From Candidatus Krumholzibacteriota bacterium (GTDB taxonomy: Bacteria > Krumholzibacteriota > Krumholzibacteriia > LZORAL124-64-63), in assembly GCA_024277025.1 (NCBI GenBank), contig JAJRWA010000048.1, forward strand, positions 29,653 through 93,652: a stretch of DNA of 64,000 nucleotides, written 5' to 3'. Positions 53,955 through 62,753 of this stretch are shown here, piece by piece. The stretch's first letter is position 1. The number at the start of each line of letters is the position of its first letter. A model generated the notes under the pieces. That model worked only from the letters and a program-made list of their open reading frames with translations. It searched no databases and had not been told where the DNA came from. The translations under genes were made by a program, and so were the position numbers.

Positions 53955-56900
53955 TCGATCCCATCCTGCTGGTAGCCGTACCGCTTGGTGTTGCTTTCCT
54001 GCTGCCTTTGTTCAGCAAGCTGGGCCGGACCGCGGCCACGGCCGTGCAAGGGCTGACCATCGTGTTCACGGCCCTGGTGGCGGTGTCCTGGTTGCCCGGT
54101 CTGCTGGACGGAAGCCTGGCGCCGGCCAATATCCTGACCGGCGGCTACGACGCCCCGATCGCGATCAACCTGCACTTCGGCTTGACCGAGGCCGTGCTCT
54201 GTCTGCTGGCTTCGCTGACCGCCCTGGGCAGTTTGTCCTACCTGTCGGTGCGCGAAGACGAGCACACGATCGGGCGCAGCGGCCTGCTGCAACTGCTGAT
54301 CATGACCGGTGCCTTCGGCCTGATCATGACCCGCGACCTGTTCAACCTGTTCGTGTTCCTGGAGATCGCTTCCATCGGCACCTACGCCCTGGTCGCCTTC
54401 GGCAAGGAAGAGACCAGCCTCGAGGCCGGCTTCAAGTACATGCTGACCGGCGCGGTGGCGAGCATCTTCCTGCTGATCGGCATCGCCTTCCTGTACAAGC
54501 TGACCGGCACCCTGAACATCGACGACATGGTGGGCCGGATGCCGCCGGCCGCGACGGCGGGCCTGGCTACGGTCATCCTGTTCCTGCTGATGGGCATGGC
54601 CATCGAGCTGAAGCTGCTGCCGGTCAACGGACCGGCCCTGGACCTGTATGACGGCGCGGACCCCGGCGTGATGGCCCTGCTGGTGGGCACCGTGGTCAAT
54701 GGCGTGCTGTTTGCCTTCTGGAAGATCGCCCTGCTGGTGCCCGGCACCTGGGACACGGCGATCATGACCCTGGGCATGGTGACTTTCGTGGGCAGCAACC
54801 TGCTGGCTGTCGCCCAGGATCGGCCGCGGCGCATGCTGGGCTACAGCTCAAGTGCCCAGATCGGCTTGCTGGTCTTTCTGGTGCCCCTGGTGCAACAGGG
54901 CACGGTGGCGTTGGCGGGCGCTGGCCTGCTGTTGATCAACCACACGCTGGCCAAAAGCGGCCTGTTGTGGCTGTCGGGCAAACATGCGGGCGAGACGCGC
55001 CGTGAATGGACCGGTGCCTTTGCCGGCAGCGTGGTGATGCGCACGGCCCTGATCATCTTCATTCTGGCGATCACCGGCTTGCCGCCCTTTCCCGGCTTCT
55101 GGGGCAAGTGGCAGGTCCTGAGCGACCTGATGGCCGGCGGTTACGGCTGGTGGGCGCTGCCGCTGCTGATCGGCTCGCTGCTGGAATTCGTCTACTACTA
55201 CGGCTGGTACCGGTATGTGCGCACGCCGGCGACCAGCAACGTTTCGGCGCGGCCATTGGGCGGGGCTTCCGACCTGGGTGGGGTCGTGGCTTTTGCCCTG
55301 GCCGCGCTGGTTTTCGGCGTGTGGCTCATGCGGGATCTGCCCGTGATGGGTGACCGGGTGCTGGTCTTCCTGACCGGTGTGGGCCTGGTGTTGACGCTGT
55401 TGCGTCGCCTGCCCCGCGTGGTGCTGGCCGCGACCGCGACGGCGGCCCTGGGCCTCGCGGCCTGGATCATGGCCACCGGCGGCGGTTTCGACCTGACGAC
55501 TCCGTCGGGCCTGTTCCACCTGCTGATCATCGGGGCCGGTCTGCTGGTGTCGATCGCCGGTTTGGCCGGCAGCTCGGGCACCGGTGAACGCTTCCACGGT
55601 CTGTTTCTGATCATGATCGCCTCGCTGCTGCTGCTGGTCAGCACCGACAACCTCCTGCTGTTCTTCGTGGCTTGGGAAGTGATGACCTGGACCAGCTATC
55701 TGGTGGTCACCTCCGGCCGGCTGGGCGCCAAACCCGGCCAGCTGTACATGGTGTTTTCCGGCGCGGCCGGCTTCCTGCTGCTCGGCGGGTTCATGCTGGC
55801 CATCGGCGCCGGCCACACCACGATCACCGGTCTGGGTCTGCTGACCGGATCGACGGCGGCCTGGACCTGGGGCCTGCTCGTAACCGGCTTCCTCGGCAAG
55901 TCGGCCGCCTGGGGCCTGCACATCTGGGCACCCGGTGCTTACAGTGAAGCCCCAGACCTGTTCACGCCGTTCCTGTCGGGCGTGATCTCCAAGATCCCCA
56001 TGTTCGGGATCGCCATGGTGGCCTTCCGCATCGCCGCGGGCAACCTGCCGGCCATCGGCGCGGTGGACCTGACCTGGTTGTTGGCGCTGATCGGCGGCCT
56101 GACCGCCTTCGGCCTGACCTTGGCCGCGGTGTTCCAGGAGGATGCCAAGAAGTTGCTGGCCTACTCGTCGGTCGGCCAGGTGGGCTACATCGTGGTCGGC
56201 CTGGCGATCCTGACGCCCCTGGGCTGGACCGCCGCCATGTTCCACGTCGTGCACCATCTCTTGTTCAAGGGCCTGCTGTTCCTGGCCATCGCCGGCGTGA
56301 TCATGCGCACCGGCACGCGCACCATGTACGAAATGGGCGGCCTGATCAAACGGATGCCCGTCAGCTTCATTTCGGTGCTGATCGGCATCATTGCCCTGTC
56401 CGGCGTACCGCCGCTGGCCGGCTTCACCGGCAAATGGCTGCTCTACCAGGCGCTGCTGGCCAAGGGCTGGCTGTTCATTCTGGTGCTGATGATGTTCTCG
56501 TCGGTCGTGGCCTTCATCTATATGTTCCGCCTGATCCACTCGGTCTTTCTCGGGCAGCTCAAGCCCCGGCACCGGGACATCAAGGAGGCGCCGCTGCCCC
56601 TGGTCATCTCCGAGGTGCTGATGATCGCCGGCGTGATGGCCCTGGCGGTGTTCCCGCAACTGCTGCTCAATCCGCTGAACGCCATGATGCACACCCAGTT
56701 CGGCCTGGACGCCCTGCGTATCGACGGCACGGTGCTGACCACCATGAGCGGCCACACACTGAACGCGACAGGCATGATGGTGCTGGTCCTGGTAATGTTC
56801 GTGGCCATGTTCCTGGTGCTGCTTCTGGTCAGCCCGCCCATGCGCAAGATTCGGCAGCTGGACATTGGCTTCGCCGGCGAGGTGCCACCGCCGGCCGAGG

Positions 56901-57115
56901 AAATCCACTTCGCCTCGCGCTTCGCCCAGCCCTACGAGCGGGCCTGGGCACCTTTCCTCAAGCCGCGGGCGACAAACTTCTGGCGGTCGGTGACCGAGAA
57001 CACCGGCGGCGTGATCGAGGCCGTGCGCAAGATCTATTCGGGCAACGGGCAGACCTACGTCCTGTATCCGGTGCTGTTGGTGGTCGTGTTCGCCCTGTTG
57101 GGCCTGGGAAGGTAG
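53948..57115 (+). CDS. fused tandem antiporter-like subunit (two NuoL/M/N-MrpD-type modules in one 1055-aa protein; MbxH+H'-like)
   Basis: GTG 53948 with a GGGAGG RBS. Two complete Proton_antipo_M-type modules, each with the YSS.xQ.G motif (LGYSSSAQIGLLVF at about aa 300, LAYSSVGQVGYIVV at about aa 740) and conserved TM Lys/Glu positions. Confidence 0.75.
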   Translation: MVIDPILLVAVPLGVAFLLPLFSKLGRTAATAVQGLTIVFTALVAVSWLPGLLDGSLAPANILTGGYDAPIAINLHFGLTEAVLCLLASLTALGSLSYLSVREDEHTIGRSGLLQLLIMTGAFGLIMTRDLFNLFVFLEIASIGTYALVAFGKEETSLEAGFKYMLTGAVASIFLLIGIAFLYKLTGTLNIDDMVGRMPPAATAGLATVILFLLMGMAIELKLLPVNGPALDLYDGADPGVMALLVGTVVNGVLFAFWKIALLVPGTWDTAIMTLGMVTFVGSNLLAVAQDRPRRMLGYSSSAQIGLLVFLVPLVQQGTVALAGAGLLLINHTLAKSGLLWLSGKHAGETRREWTGAFAGSVVMRTALIIFILAITGLPPFPGFWGKWQVLSDLMAGGYGWWALPLLIGSLLEFVYYYGWYRYVRTPATSNVSARPLGGASDLGGVVAFALAALVFGVWLMRDLPVMGDRVLVFLTGVGLVLTLLRRLPRVVLAATATAALGLAAWIMATGGGFDLTTPSGLFHLLIIGAGLLVSIAGLAGSSGTGERFHGLFLIMIASLLLLVSTDNLLLFFVAWEVMTWTSYLVVTSGRLGAKPGQLYMVFSGAAGFLLLGGFMLAIGAGHTTITGLGLLTGSTAAWTWGLLVTGFLGKSAAWGLHIWAPGAYSEAPDLFTPFLSGVISKIPMFGIAMVAFRIAAGNLPAIGAVDLTWLLALIGGLTAFGLTLAAVFQEDAKKLLAYSSVGQVGYIVVGLAILTPLGWTAAMFHVVHHLLFKGLLFLAIAGVIMRTGTRTMYEMGGLIKRMPVSFISVLIGIIALSGVPPLAGFTGKWLLYQALLAKGWLFILVLMMFSSVVAFIYMFRLIHSVFLGQLKPRHRDIKEAPLPLVISEVLMIAGVMALAVFPQLLLNPLNAMMHTQFGLDALRIDGTVLTTMSGHTLNATGMMVLVLVMFVAMFLVLLLVSPPMRKIRQLDIGFAGEVPPPAEEIHFASRFAQPYERAWAPFLKPRATNFWRSVTENTGGVIEAVRKIYSGNGQTYVLYPVLLVVVFALLGLGR

Positions 57116-57119
57116 CGCG

Positions 57120-58034
57120 ATGGAACTGTTCCCCAAGATCGGTTGGACCCTGTTGAGCCTGTTCGTGGCCATCAACTACGGGTTCCTCATCAACGGACTG
57201 ATCCGCAAGGTCATGGCCCGGATCCAGGGCCGCTTCGGACCGCCCCTGTGGCAGCCGTACATCGACATGGGCAAGCTGCTGGTGCAGCGCAACTCGATCA
57301 TGCACGGCTACATGCATTGGCTGGGGCCGATCTTCCGCTCGGTCGGCGGCATGGGCGTGTACGTGCTGGTGCCGGTGGTGATCGGCGAACCGCGCCTGGC
57401 CGGGTTCAGCGACATGGGCGATCTGCTGCTGATGATGTACTTCATGTTCTTCGGCTCGCTGGGCATGGCTCTGGGTGCCGGGGATGCCGGTCATCCCCAC
57501 AGCCCGATCGGCGTCAGTCGCGGCCTGAGCCAGATGACGGCCTTCGAAATGCCTTTCATTCTGGCGGTGGTCGCCCTGGCCGCCCACGTGGGCAGCTTCG
57601 ACATCAACGCGATCATCGCCACCCAGCAGCACGGCGTGCTGAGCTGGAACCTGTTCGCCAATCCGTTTGCTTCGGCGGCGGCGTTCCTGGCCCTGCTGGG
57701 CATGAACATGTACGCGCCGTTCAATATCGTGGGGGCGCCGACGGAAATCCCCGTCGGTCCGGCCACCGAGTACCAGAACTCGTACCTGTCGCTGATGATG
57801 ATCGGCCGCAGTGCCCTGGCCATCGGCAAGATGGTCATGTTCATGGACCTTTTCCTCGGCGGGGCGCACTCGATCGGCGCGGCCGTGGTCAAGATCCTGG
57901 CCATTTACTTCTGGTCCGTCTTCGTGGGTGCGGTCTTTCCCCGCTTCCGCACCGAACAATCGGTTCGCTTTTTTTTGCGCTGGCCCACCGCCTTTGGCGT
58001 GGCGGGCGTGCTGCTGACCCAGTGGGTGAGGTAA
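57120..58034 (+). CDS. NuoH-like membrane subunit (MbhM/EchB/HyfC family)
   Basis: NuoH signature region IRKVMARIQGRFGPPLWQPYIDMGKLL. 8 TM helices. Confidence 0.75.
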   Translation: MELFPKIGWTLLSLFVAINYGFLINGLIRKVMARIQGRFGPPLWQPYIDMGKLLVQRNSIMHGYMHWLGPIFRSVGGMGVYVLVPVVIGEPRLAGFSDMGDLLLMMYFMFFGSLGMALGAGDAGHPHSPIGVSRGLSQMTAFEMPFILAVVALAAHVGSFDINAIIATQQHGVLSWNLFANPFASAAAFLALLGMNMYAPFNIVGAPTEIPVGPATEYQNSYLSLMMIGRSALAIGKMVMFMDLFLGGAHSIGAAVVKILAIYFWSVFVGAVFPRFRTEQSVRFFLRWPTAFGVAGVLLTQWVR

Positions 58035-58038
58035 AACG

Positions 58039-58707
58039 ATGAAGAAGTTCGATCCGGATCGACCCTGGGACCTGACGACCCTGCCGACGACCATGGCACC
58101 GCAGGGCTCGCGTCCCCACGCGCCGGTGGAGGACCAGTGCTTCCTCGGCGCCGAGGCCGATATCAAGCAGCCGCCCAAGCTGCAGGAGGCCGTGGCCACC
58201 ATCAAGAACTGGTTCCGGGCCAGCAGCCTGAACGTGCTGGCCTTCGGCACCGGCTGCGGCGCCATCGAGCTGCGTCCGCTGTCGACCAGCCGTTTCGACA
58301 TGTCGCGCTTCGGCATCCCCGGCGCGCCGACACCGCGCCAATCCAACGTGTTCATCATCTCGGGCTACCTGTCGGTCAAGACCCTCACACGCGTGATCCG
58401 CTGCTACGAGCAGATGCCCGATCCCAAGTGGGTCGTCGCCCTCGGCTCGTGCACCATCAACGGCGGCATGTACTGGGACTCCTACAACACGATCAAGGTG
58501 TTGGATCTGTACCTGCCGGTCGACGTCTACGTCAGCGGCTGCATGCCGCGGCCCGAGGCCCTGATCGCCGGTTTCCAGTACCTGATGGACGACGTGAAGA
58601 AAGGCAAGGCCAACGGCTGGCACCACTACCTGGAGAACCTCGAGTGGTACCGCGAGAACCAGAAACAAGTCATCACCGACTGGGATCTTCCCAACTACAA
58701 CTGGTAG
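58039..58707 (+). CDS. NuoB-like [4Fe-4S] small subunit (MbhJ/EchC-like) with roughly 60-aa N-terminal extension
   Basis: FGTGCGAIE, LGSCTINGG and VSGCMPRPEA match the NuoB Cys ligand contexts. The first motif has a single Cys rather than CC. Confidence 0.7.
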   Translation: MKKFDPDRPWDLTTLPTTMAPQGSRPHAPVEDQCFLGAEADIKQPPKLQEAVATIKNWFRASSLNVLAFGTGCGAIELRPLSTSRFDMSRFGIPGAPTPRQSNVFIISGYLSVKTLTRVIRCYEQMPDPKWVVALGSCTINGGMYWDSYNTIKVLDLYLPVDVYVSGCMPRPEALIAGFQYLMDDVKKGKANGWHHYLENLEWYRENQKQVITDWDLPNYNW

Positions 58708-58713
58708 GGAGCC

Positions 58714-59295
58714 ATGTTCGATATCAACCACGGCAATCTCGATGACAGCCCGGATGTGGGCCAGGAAATCGTCCGCCGGATCCACGACCGGTTCGGCGAC
58801 TTCCCCGCACGTTTCCAGAAGGCGGACCTGGTCCGGCTGGACGTGCCGCAGAAGGACATCATCCCGGTGCTGAGTTGGCTGCGCACCGAAACACCCTTCG
58901 TGCAGCTGACCCACCTGACGGCCGTCGACTGGCTGGAGGACGGCCAGTTCGAACTGATGTACCTGGTCACGGCGCCGGACCTGATGGTCAGTCTGCACCT
59001 GTGTGTGCGCCTGGACCGCGCCAAGGCCGAGGCCGAAAGCGTGTTCAACCTCTGGCTGCAGGCCGAGACCTACGAGCAGGAAATCAACGAGATGTTCGGC
59101 ATTCATTTCCCGGGCAGTCCCCGGCAGGGCGTGCCGTTCATCCTCGAGGGCTGGCGGGATATGCCACCCATGCGCCGCGACTTCGACACCGTGGCCTACT
59201 GCGACCGCACCCATCCGGTGCGTCCGGGCCGCGAGCACCAGGACAGCCGCGTGTATGTCGGCCGCAAGTTCGGCGAGAAGGGGTATCTCAAATGA
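58714..59295 (+). CDS. NuoC-like (30 kDa subunit; MbhK-like)
   Basis: Size, position between the NuoB and NuoD homologs, and the ERExxDMFGIxF-like stretch YEQEINEMFGIHF. Confidence 0.65.
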   Translation: MFDINHGNLDDSPDVGQEIVRRIHDRFGDFPARFQKADLVRLDVPQKDIIPVLSWLRTETPFVQLTHLTAVDWLEDGQFELMYLVTAPDLMVSLHLCVRLDRAKAEAESVFNLWLQAETYEQEINEMFGIHFPGSPRQGVPFILEGWRDMPPMRRDFDTVAYCDRTHPVRPGREHQDSRVYVGRKFGEKGYLK

Positions 59296-60476
59296 GCGTT
59301 TTTGACTACACCACCCAGCCGGGCTTCGACCTGATCAGCGAGACGCCCAACGCGGGCACGACCGTCGATCCCAAGGAAGTGCAGCTGTGGTTCGGCCCCC
59401 AGCACCCCGGCATCACCGGCAACATGTCGGTGCAGTTGTGGCTCGAGGGCGACACGATCAAGCGCGGCATCACCCACGTGGGCTATCTGCACCGCGGCTT
59501 CGAGAAGCTGATGGAGCGCCGCAAGTTCATCCAGAGTTTTCCCATCGTCTGCCGCATGTGCGTGGCCGAACCGGACACCACCGAGTACCTGCTGGCCTCG
59601 TCGCTGGAAGAGCTGTCCGGTCTTGACCAGGCCGTGCCGGAAAAAGGCCAGTGGTTGCGCACCCTGGTCATGGAGATGTCGCGCCTGCAGGTGACGCTGA
59701 TGGTCATGGGCGGCCAGGTGGGCACCATGGGCATGGGCACGGCACCCAACTGGACCTACACCCTGCGGGATTTTCTGCTCGACAGCTTCGAAGAGCTGAC
59801 CGGCGGCCGCGTCTATCACATGTACATCACCTACGGCGGTGTGCGGCGCGATCTGACCCCGGGCTTTGCCCAGCGGCTGGAAGCCACCCTGGACCGGATC
59901 GAGGAGCGCCTGCCGTACCTCGACGACCTGATCCTGAACTCGGCCGTGTTCCAGCAGCGCACCCAGGGCGTGAGCGTGGTGCCGGCCGAGTGGGCCGACG
60001 AACTGGGCATCACCGGGCCGGTGCTCCGGGCCATGGGCGTCGCCCGCGACACGCGCCGGGACTATCCCTACCTGAAGTACCCCGAGCTGGACTTCAAGGT
60101 CTGCACCGCCACCGGCAGCGACATCTACGCGCGGACCCAGGTCCGGCGCGCCGAGATCGCCGAGAGCATCCACATCATCCGCCAGATCCTGCAGATGATG
60201 CCGCAGGAGGGGCCCTACTGCGCCAAGCTGCCCAACATGCTGACCTGGACCATCCCGGCCGGCTCGACCTATGTGCGGGCCGAGTCCAGCCGCGGCGAAA
60301 TGGGTTTCGTGATGGTCACCGACGGCAGCGACACGATCCGGCGCGTGCATCTGCGCGGGCCGAGCTACACCAACGCCGTGACGATCCTGGAGCGCATGCT
60401 GCCGGGCATGAACATCGCCGATCTGTCGGCCACCATGGTCTCGCTGCAGACCTGTCCGCCGGAAATCGAGAGGTAA
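59292..60476 (+). CDS. NuoD/[NiFe]-hydrogenase large-subunit homolog (MbhL/MbxL-like) retaining 3 of 4 Ni-Fe ligand cysteines
   Basis: ATG 59292 (ATGA overlap). FGPQHPGITG matches NuoD FGPQHP. The N-terminal CxxC is CRMC, at aa 87 and 90. The C-terminus ends LQTCPPEIER, where a hydrogenase has DPCxxCxxR, so the second Cys is replaced by Glu. Confidence 0.75.
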   Translation: MSVFDYTTQPGFDLISETPNAGTTVDPKEVQLWFGPQHPGITGNMSVQLWLEGDTIKRGITHVGYLHRGFEKLMERRKFIQSFPIVCRMCVAEPDTTEYLLASSLEELSGLDQAVPEKGQWLRTLVMEMSRLQVTLMVMGGQVGTMGMGTAPNWTYTLRDFLLDSFEELTGGRVYHMYITYGGVRRDLTPGFAQRLEATLDRIEERLPYLDDLILNSAVFQQRTQGVSVVPAEWADELGITGPVLRAMGVARDTRRDYPYLKYPELDFKVCTATGSDIYARTQVRRAEIAESIHIIRQILQMMPQEGPYCAKLPNMLTWTIPAGSTYVRAESSRGEMGFVMVTDGSDTIRRVHLRGPSYTNAVTILERMLPGMNIADLSATMVSLQTCPPEIER

Positions 60477-60480
60477 GCGC

Positions 60481-62256
60481 ATGAGCCTGAAGAATGTCAT
60501 CGCTCCGTTTTCGGCCTGGGCCCGTGCGGTCCAGAAACCGTTCACGGTACCCACGGCCGAGACCTTCCGGCCCGGGGCCGACCGCTACCGCGGCTGGCAC
60601 ATCAACGACACCGAGCAGTGCATCGGCTGCGGCACCTGCAGCGACATCTGCCAGAACAGCGCCATCGACATGAAGCCGGTCGACGAACCGAACAAGGGCG
60701 ACAGCGGTCTGCGGCCCCTGGTCGACTACGGTCGTTGCTGCTGGTGCGCCCTGTGCGTGGATGTCTGCCCGAGCGGTTCGCTGGGCCTGAGCAGCAACTA
60801 CATCTGGATCGACCGCGACCCGGATGTGTTCCGCTACATTCCCGGCGTGGACCGGAAGGAATGGGACAGCGACGAGAAGGGCTGGCGCAAGGATGACGGC
60901 TTCAACCTGGTCGACCCGGACCGCGTGCCCATGCCGATGATGATGCCTGTCGAGGACCGGGTGAAGACCTGGGCCGAGGTCGTCCTGGGCTACACCGAGG
61001 CCGAGGCGCGGGCCGAAGCCGCCCGTTGTGTGGAGTGCGGCCTGTGCGTGGCCGCCTGTCCGGCGCACATGCACATTCCCGACTACATCGCGGCGATCCG
61101 CGACGGCCACTACGACGTGGCCGTGAACCACATCTACGACAACAACCCGCTGCCCGAGATGTGCGGCAAGGTCTGCACACGGCGCTGCGAGGATGTCTGC
61201 TCGATCGGCGTCAACGGCGATCCGCTGGCCATCCGCTGGCTGAAGCGCTTTGCGACCGAGCAGTTCAGCGACCTGAGCGCGGTGCTCAGCCACGAGCAGC
61301 CCCAGATCGGCACCGGCAAGTCGGTGGCCGTGATCGGCGGCGGCCCCGGTGGTCTGACGACAGCCTTCTATCTGGCGGTGCGCGGTTTCAAGGTGACGGT
61401 GTTCGAGGCCTTGCCCCAAGTGGGCGGCGCCACGTTCTTCGGCATCCCCAAGTACCGTTTCCCGCTGGGTTCGCTGGAGAAGCAGATCAAGCTGATGACC
61501 GACTGGGGGGTCGAGATCAAGACCAATCACAAGGTTGAGCCTGACGAATTCAAGCAACTGCAGCAGGATTACGATGCGATCTACATCGGCACGGGCCTGT
61601 TGAAACCATCGAGCCTGCGGGCCGAGGGCGAAGATCTGCCCGGGGTGATGCCGGCGATCGAGATGCTGATCGACCACCACCTGGGCAAGACGGTCGAGGT
61701 TGGCCAGCACGTGGTTGTCGTCGGCGGCGGCAACGTGGCCATCGACGCGGCGCGCATCAGCCGCCGTCTGGGCGCCGAGGTGACCATCGCCTACCGGCGC
61801 CGCCTGGAGGACATGCCGGCGGACTACGAGGAGATCGAGGACGCCGAGGCCGAGGGCGTGCACCTGATGACCCAGAACATTCCCCTGCGCGTGGAACAGC
61901 TGCCCGGCGGCCGGCTGGACTTCATCTGGGGCCCGGCCGAGATGATCAGCGAAGGCGGCGGCCGGCCGCGGCCCAAGCTGATCGAAGGCATCGAGAACCA
62001 TCTCGCGGTGGACAAGGTCATCGTGGCCATCGGTCAGAAGCCGGATCTGCGCTGGCTGCCCGCCGATGTGGCCGAGCAGATCAGCAACAGCTGGGGCGGG
62101 ATCACCTGCGACGAGAACGGCATGACCGCCGCGCCGGGCGTGTTTGCCGGCGGCGACCTGGTGAATTCCACGGCCGACGCGATCAGCGCCATCGCCGACG
62201 GGCTCAAGGCTGTCGACGGCATCATCAACTATCTTGGCCTGGGCACCAAGCCGTAA
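60481..62256 (+). CDS. fusion of NuoI-like 2x[4Fe-4S] ferredoxin with GltD/SudA/NfnB-like FAD/NAD(P)H oxidoreductase
   Basis: The N-terminal region has CIGCGTCSDICQ and CCWCALCVDVCP (two 4Fe-4S motifs). Next come CVECGLCVAACP and GKVCTRRCEDVC, the Fe-S domain typical of the GltD small-subunit family. Then AVIGGGPGGLTTAF (FAD) and VVVVGGGNVAIDAA (NAD(P)) Rossmann motifs, and a C-terminal GVFAGGDL. Confidence 0.75.
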   Translation: MSLKNVIAPFSAWARAVQKPFTVPTAETFRPGADRYRGWHINDTEQCIGCGTCSDICQNSAIDMKPVDEPNKGDSGLRPLVDYGRCCWCALCVDVCPSGSLGLSSNYIWIDRDPDVFRYIPGVDRKEWDSDEKGWRKDDGFNLVDPDRVPMPMMMPVEDRVKTWAEVVLGYTEAEARAEAARCVECGLCVAACPAHMHIPDYIAAIRDGHYDVAVNHIYDNNPLPEMCGKVCTRRCEDVCSIGVNGDPLAIRWLKRFATEQFSDLSAVLSHEQPQIGTGKSVAVIGGGPGGLTTAFYLAVRGFKVTVFEALPQVGGATFFGIPKYRFPLGSLEKQIKLMTDWGVEIKTNHKVEPDEFKQLQQDYDAIYIGTGLLKPSSLRAEGEDLPGVMPAIEMLIDHHLGKTVEVGQHVVVVGGGNVAIDAARISRRLGAEVTIAYRRRLEDMPADYEEIEDAEAEGVHLMTQNIPLRVEQLPGGRLDFIWGPAEMISEGGGRPRPKLIEGIENHLAVDKVIVAIGQKPDLRWLPADVAEQISNSWGGITCDENGMTAAPGVFAGGDLVNSTADAISAIADGLKAVDGIINYLGLGTKP

Positions 62257-62267
62257 GGGAGAGCGCA

Positions 62268-62747
62268 ATGGTACGTGAAGGCGACGCGGGCAAGAAGAAC
62301 TTCAGCTCGGTGGACGACGCCATCGAGTTCGCGATCGGGCAGGAGATCAAGGCCGCGAATTTCTACCGCGAATTTGCCGGCAAGGCCACCCATCCGGGCG
62401 TGAAGAAGATGTGCACCGAGATGGCTGTGGAAGAGGACCGGCACAAGGAAATGCTGGAGAAACTCAAGGCCGGGCTGCCCTCCGGGCTGGCGACCGACCG
62501 GGTCACGGACCTGAAGATCAGCGACTATCTGCGCAGCTTCCGCATCGAGCCGGAGGCCGACCAGCAGGATCTGTTGATCGCCGCCATGAAGAGCGAAGCC
62601 CGCGCCGAACAGCTCTACCTGGACCTCGCGGCGATCTGCACCCTGCCCGACGTCAAGGAAGTGCTGTTGCGCCTGGCCGCCGAAGAGGGCGGCCACAAGG
62701 ACGTGTTCGAAAAGGAATACGACGACAATATCCTGGGCTCGAACTGA
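62268..62747 (+). CDS. rubrerythrin/ferritin-like diiron-fold protein
   Basis: Two E..H-type helix motifs (EIKAANFYREFA...EEDRHKEM and EARAEQLY...EEGGHKDVF). Confidence 0.55.
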   Translation: MVREGDAGKKNFSSVDDAIEFAIGQEIKAANFYREFAGKATHPGVKKMCTEMAVEEDRHKEMLEKLKAGLPSGLATDRVTDLKISDYLRSFRIEPEADQQDLLIAAMKSEARAEQLYLDLAAICTLPDVKEVLLRLAAEEGGHKDVFEKEYDDNILGSN

Positions 62748-62753
62748 GCGGCC

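Noticed and set aside
54848-57175. 775-aa minus-strand ORF antisense to the fused antiporter
   Set aside because: A His/Gln/Gly/Arg-rich low-complexity translation. The plus strand encodes canonical antiporter TM modules.
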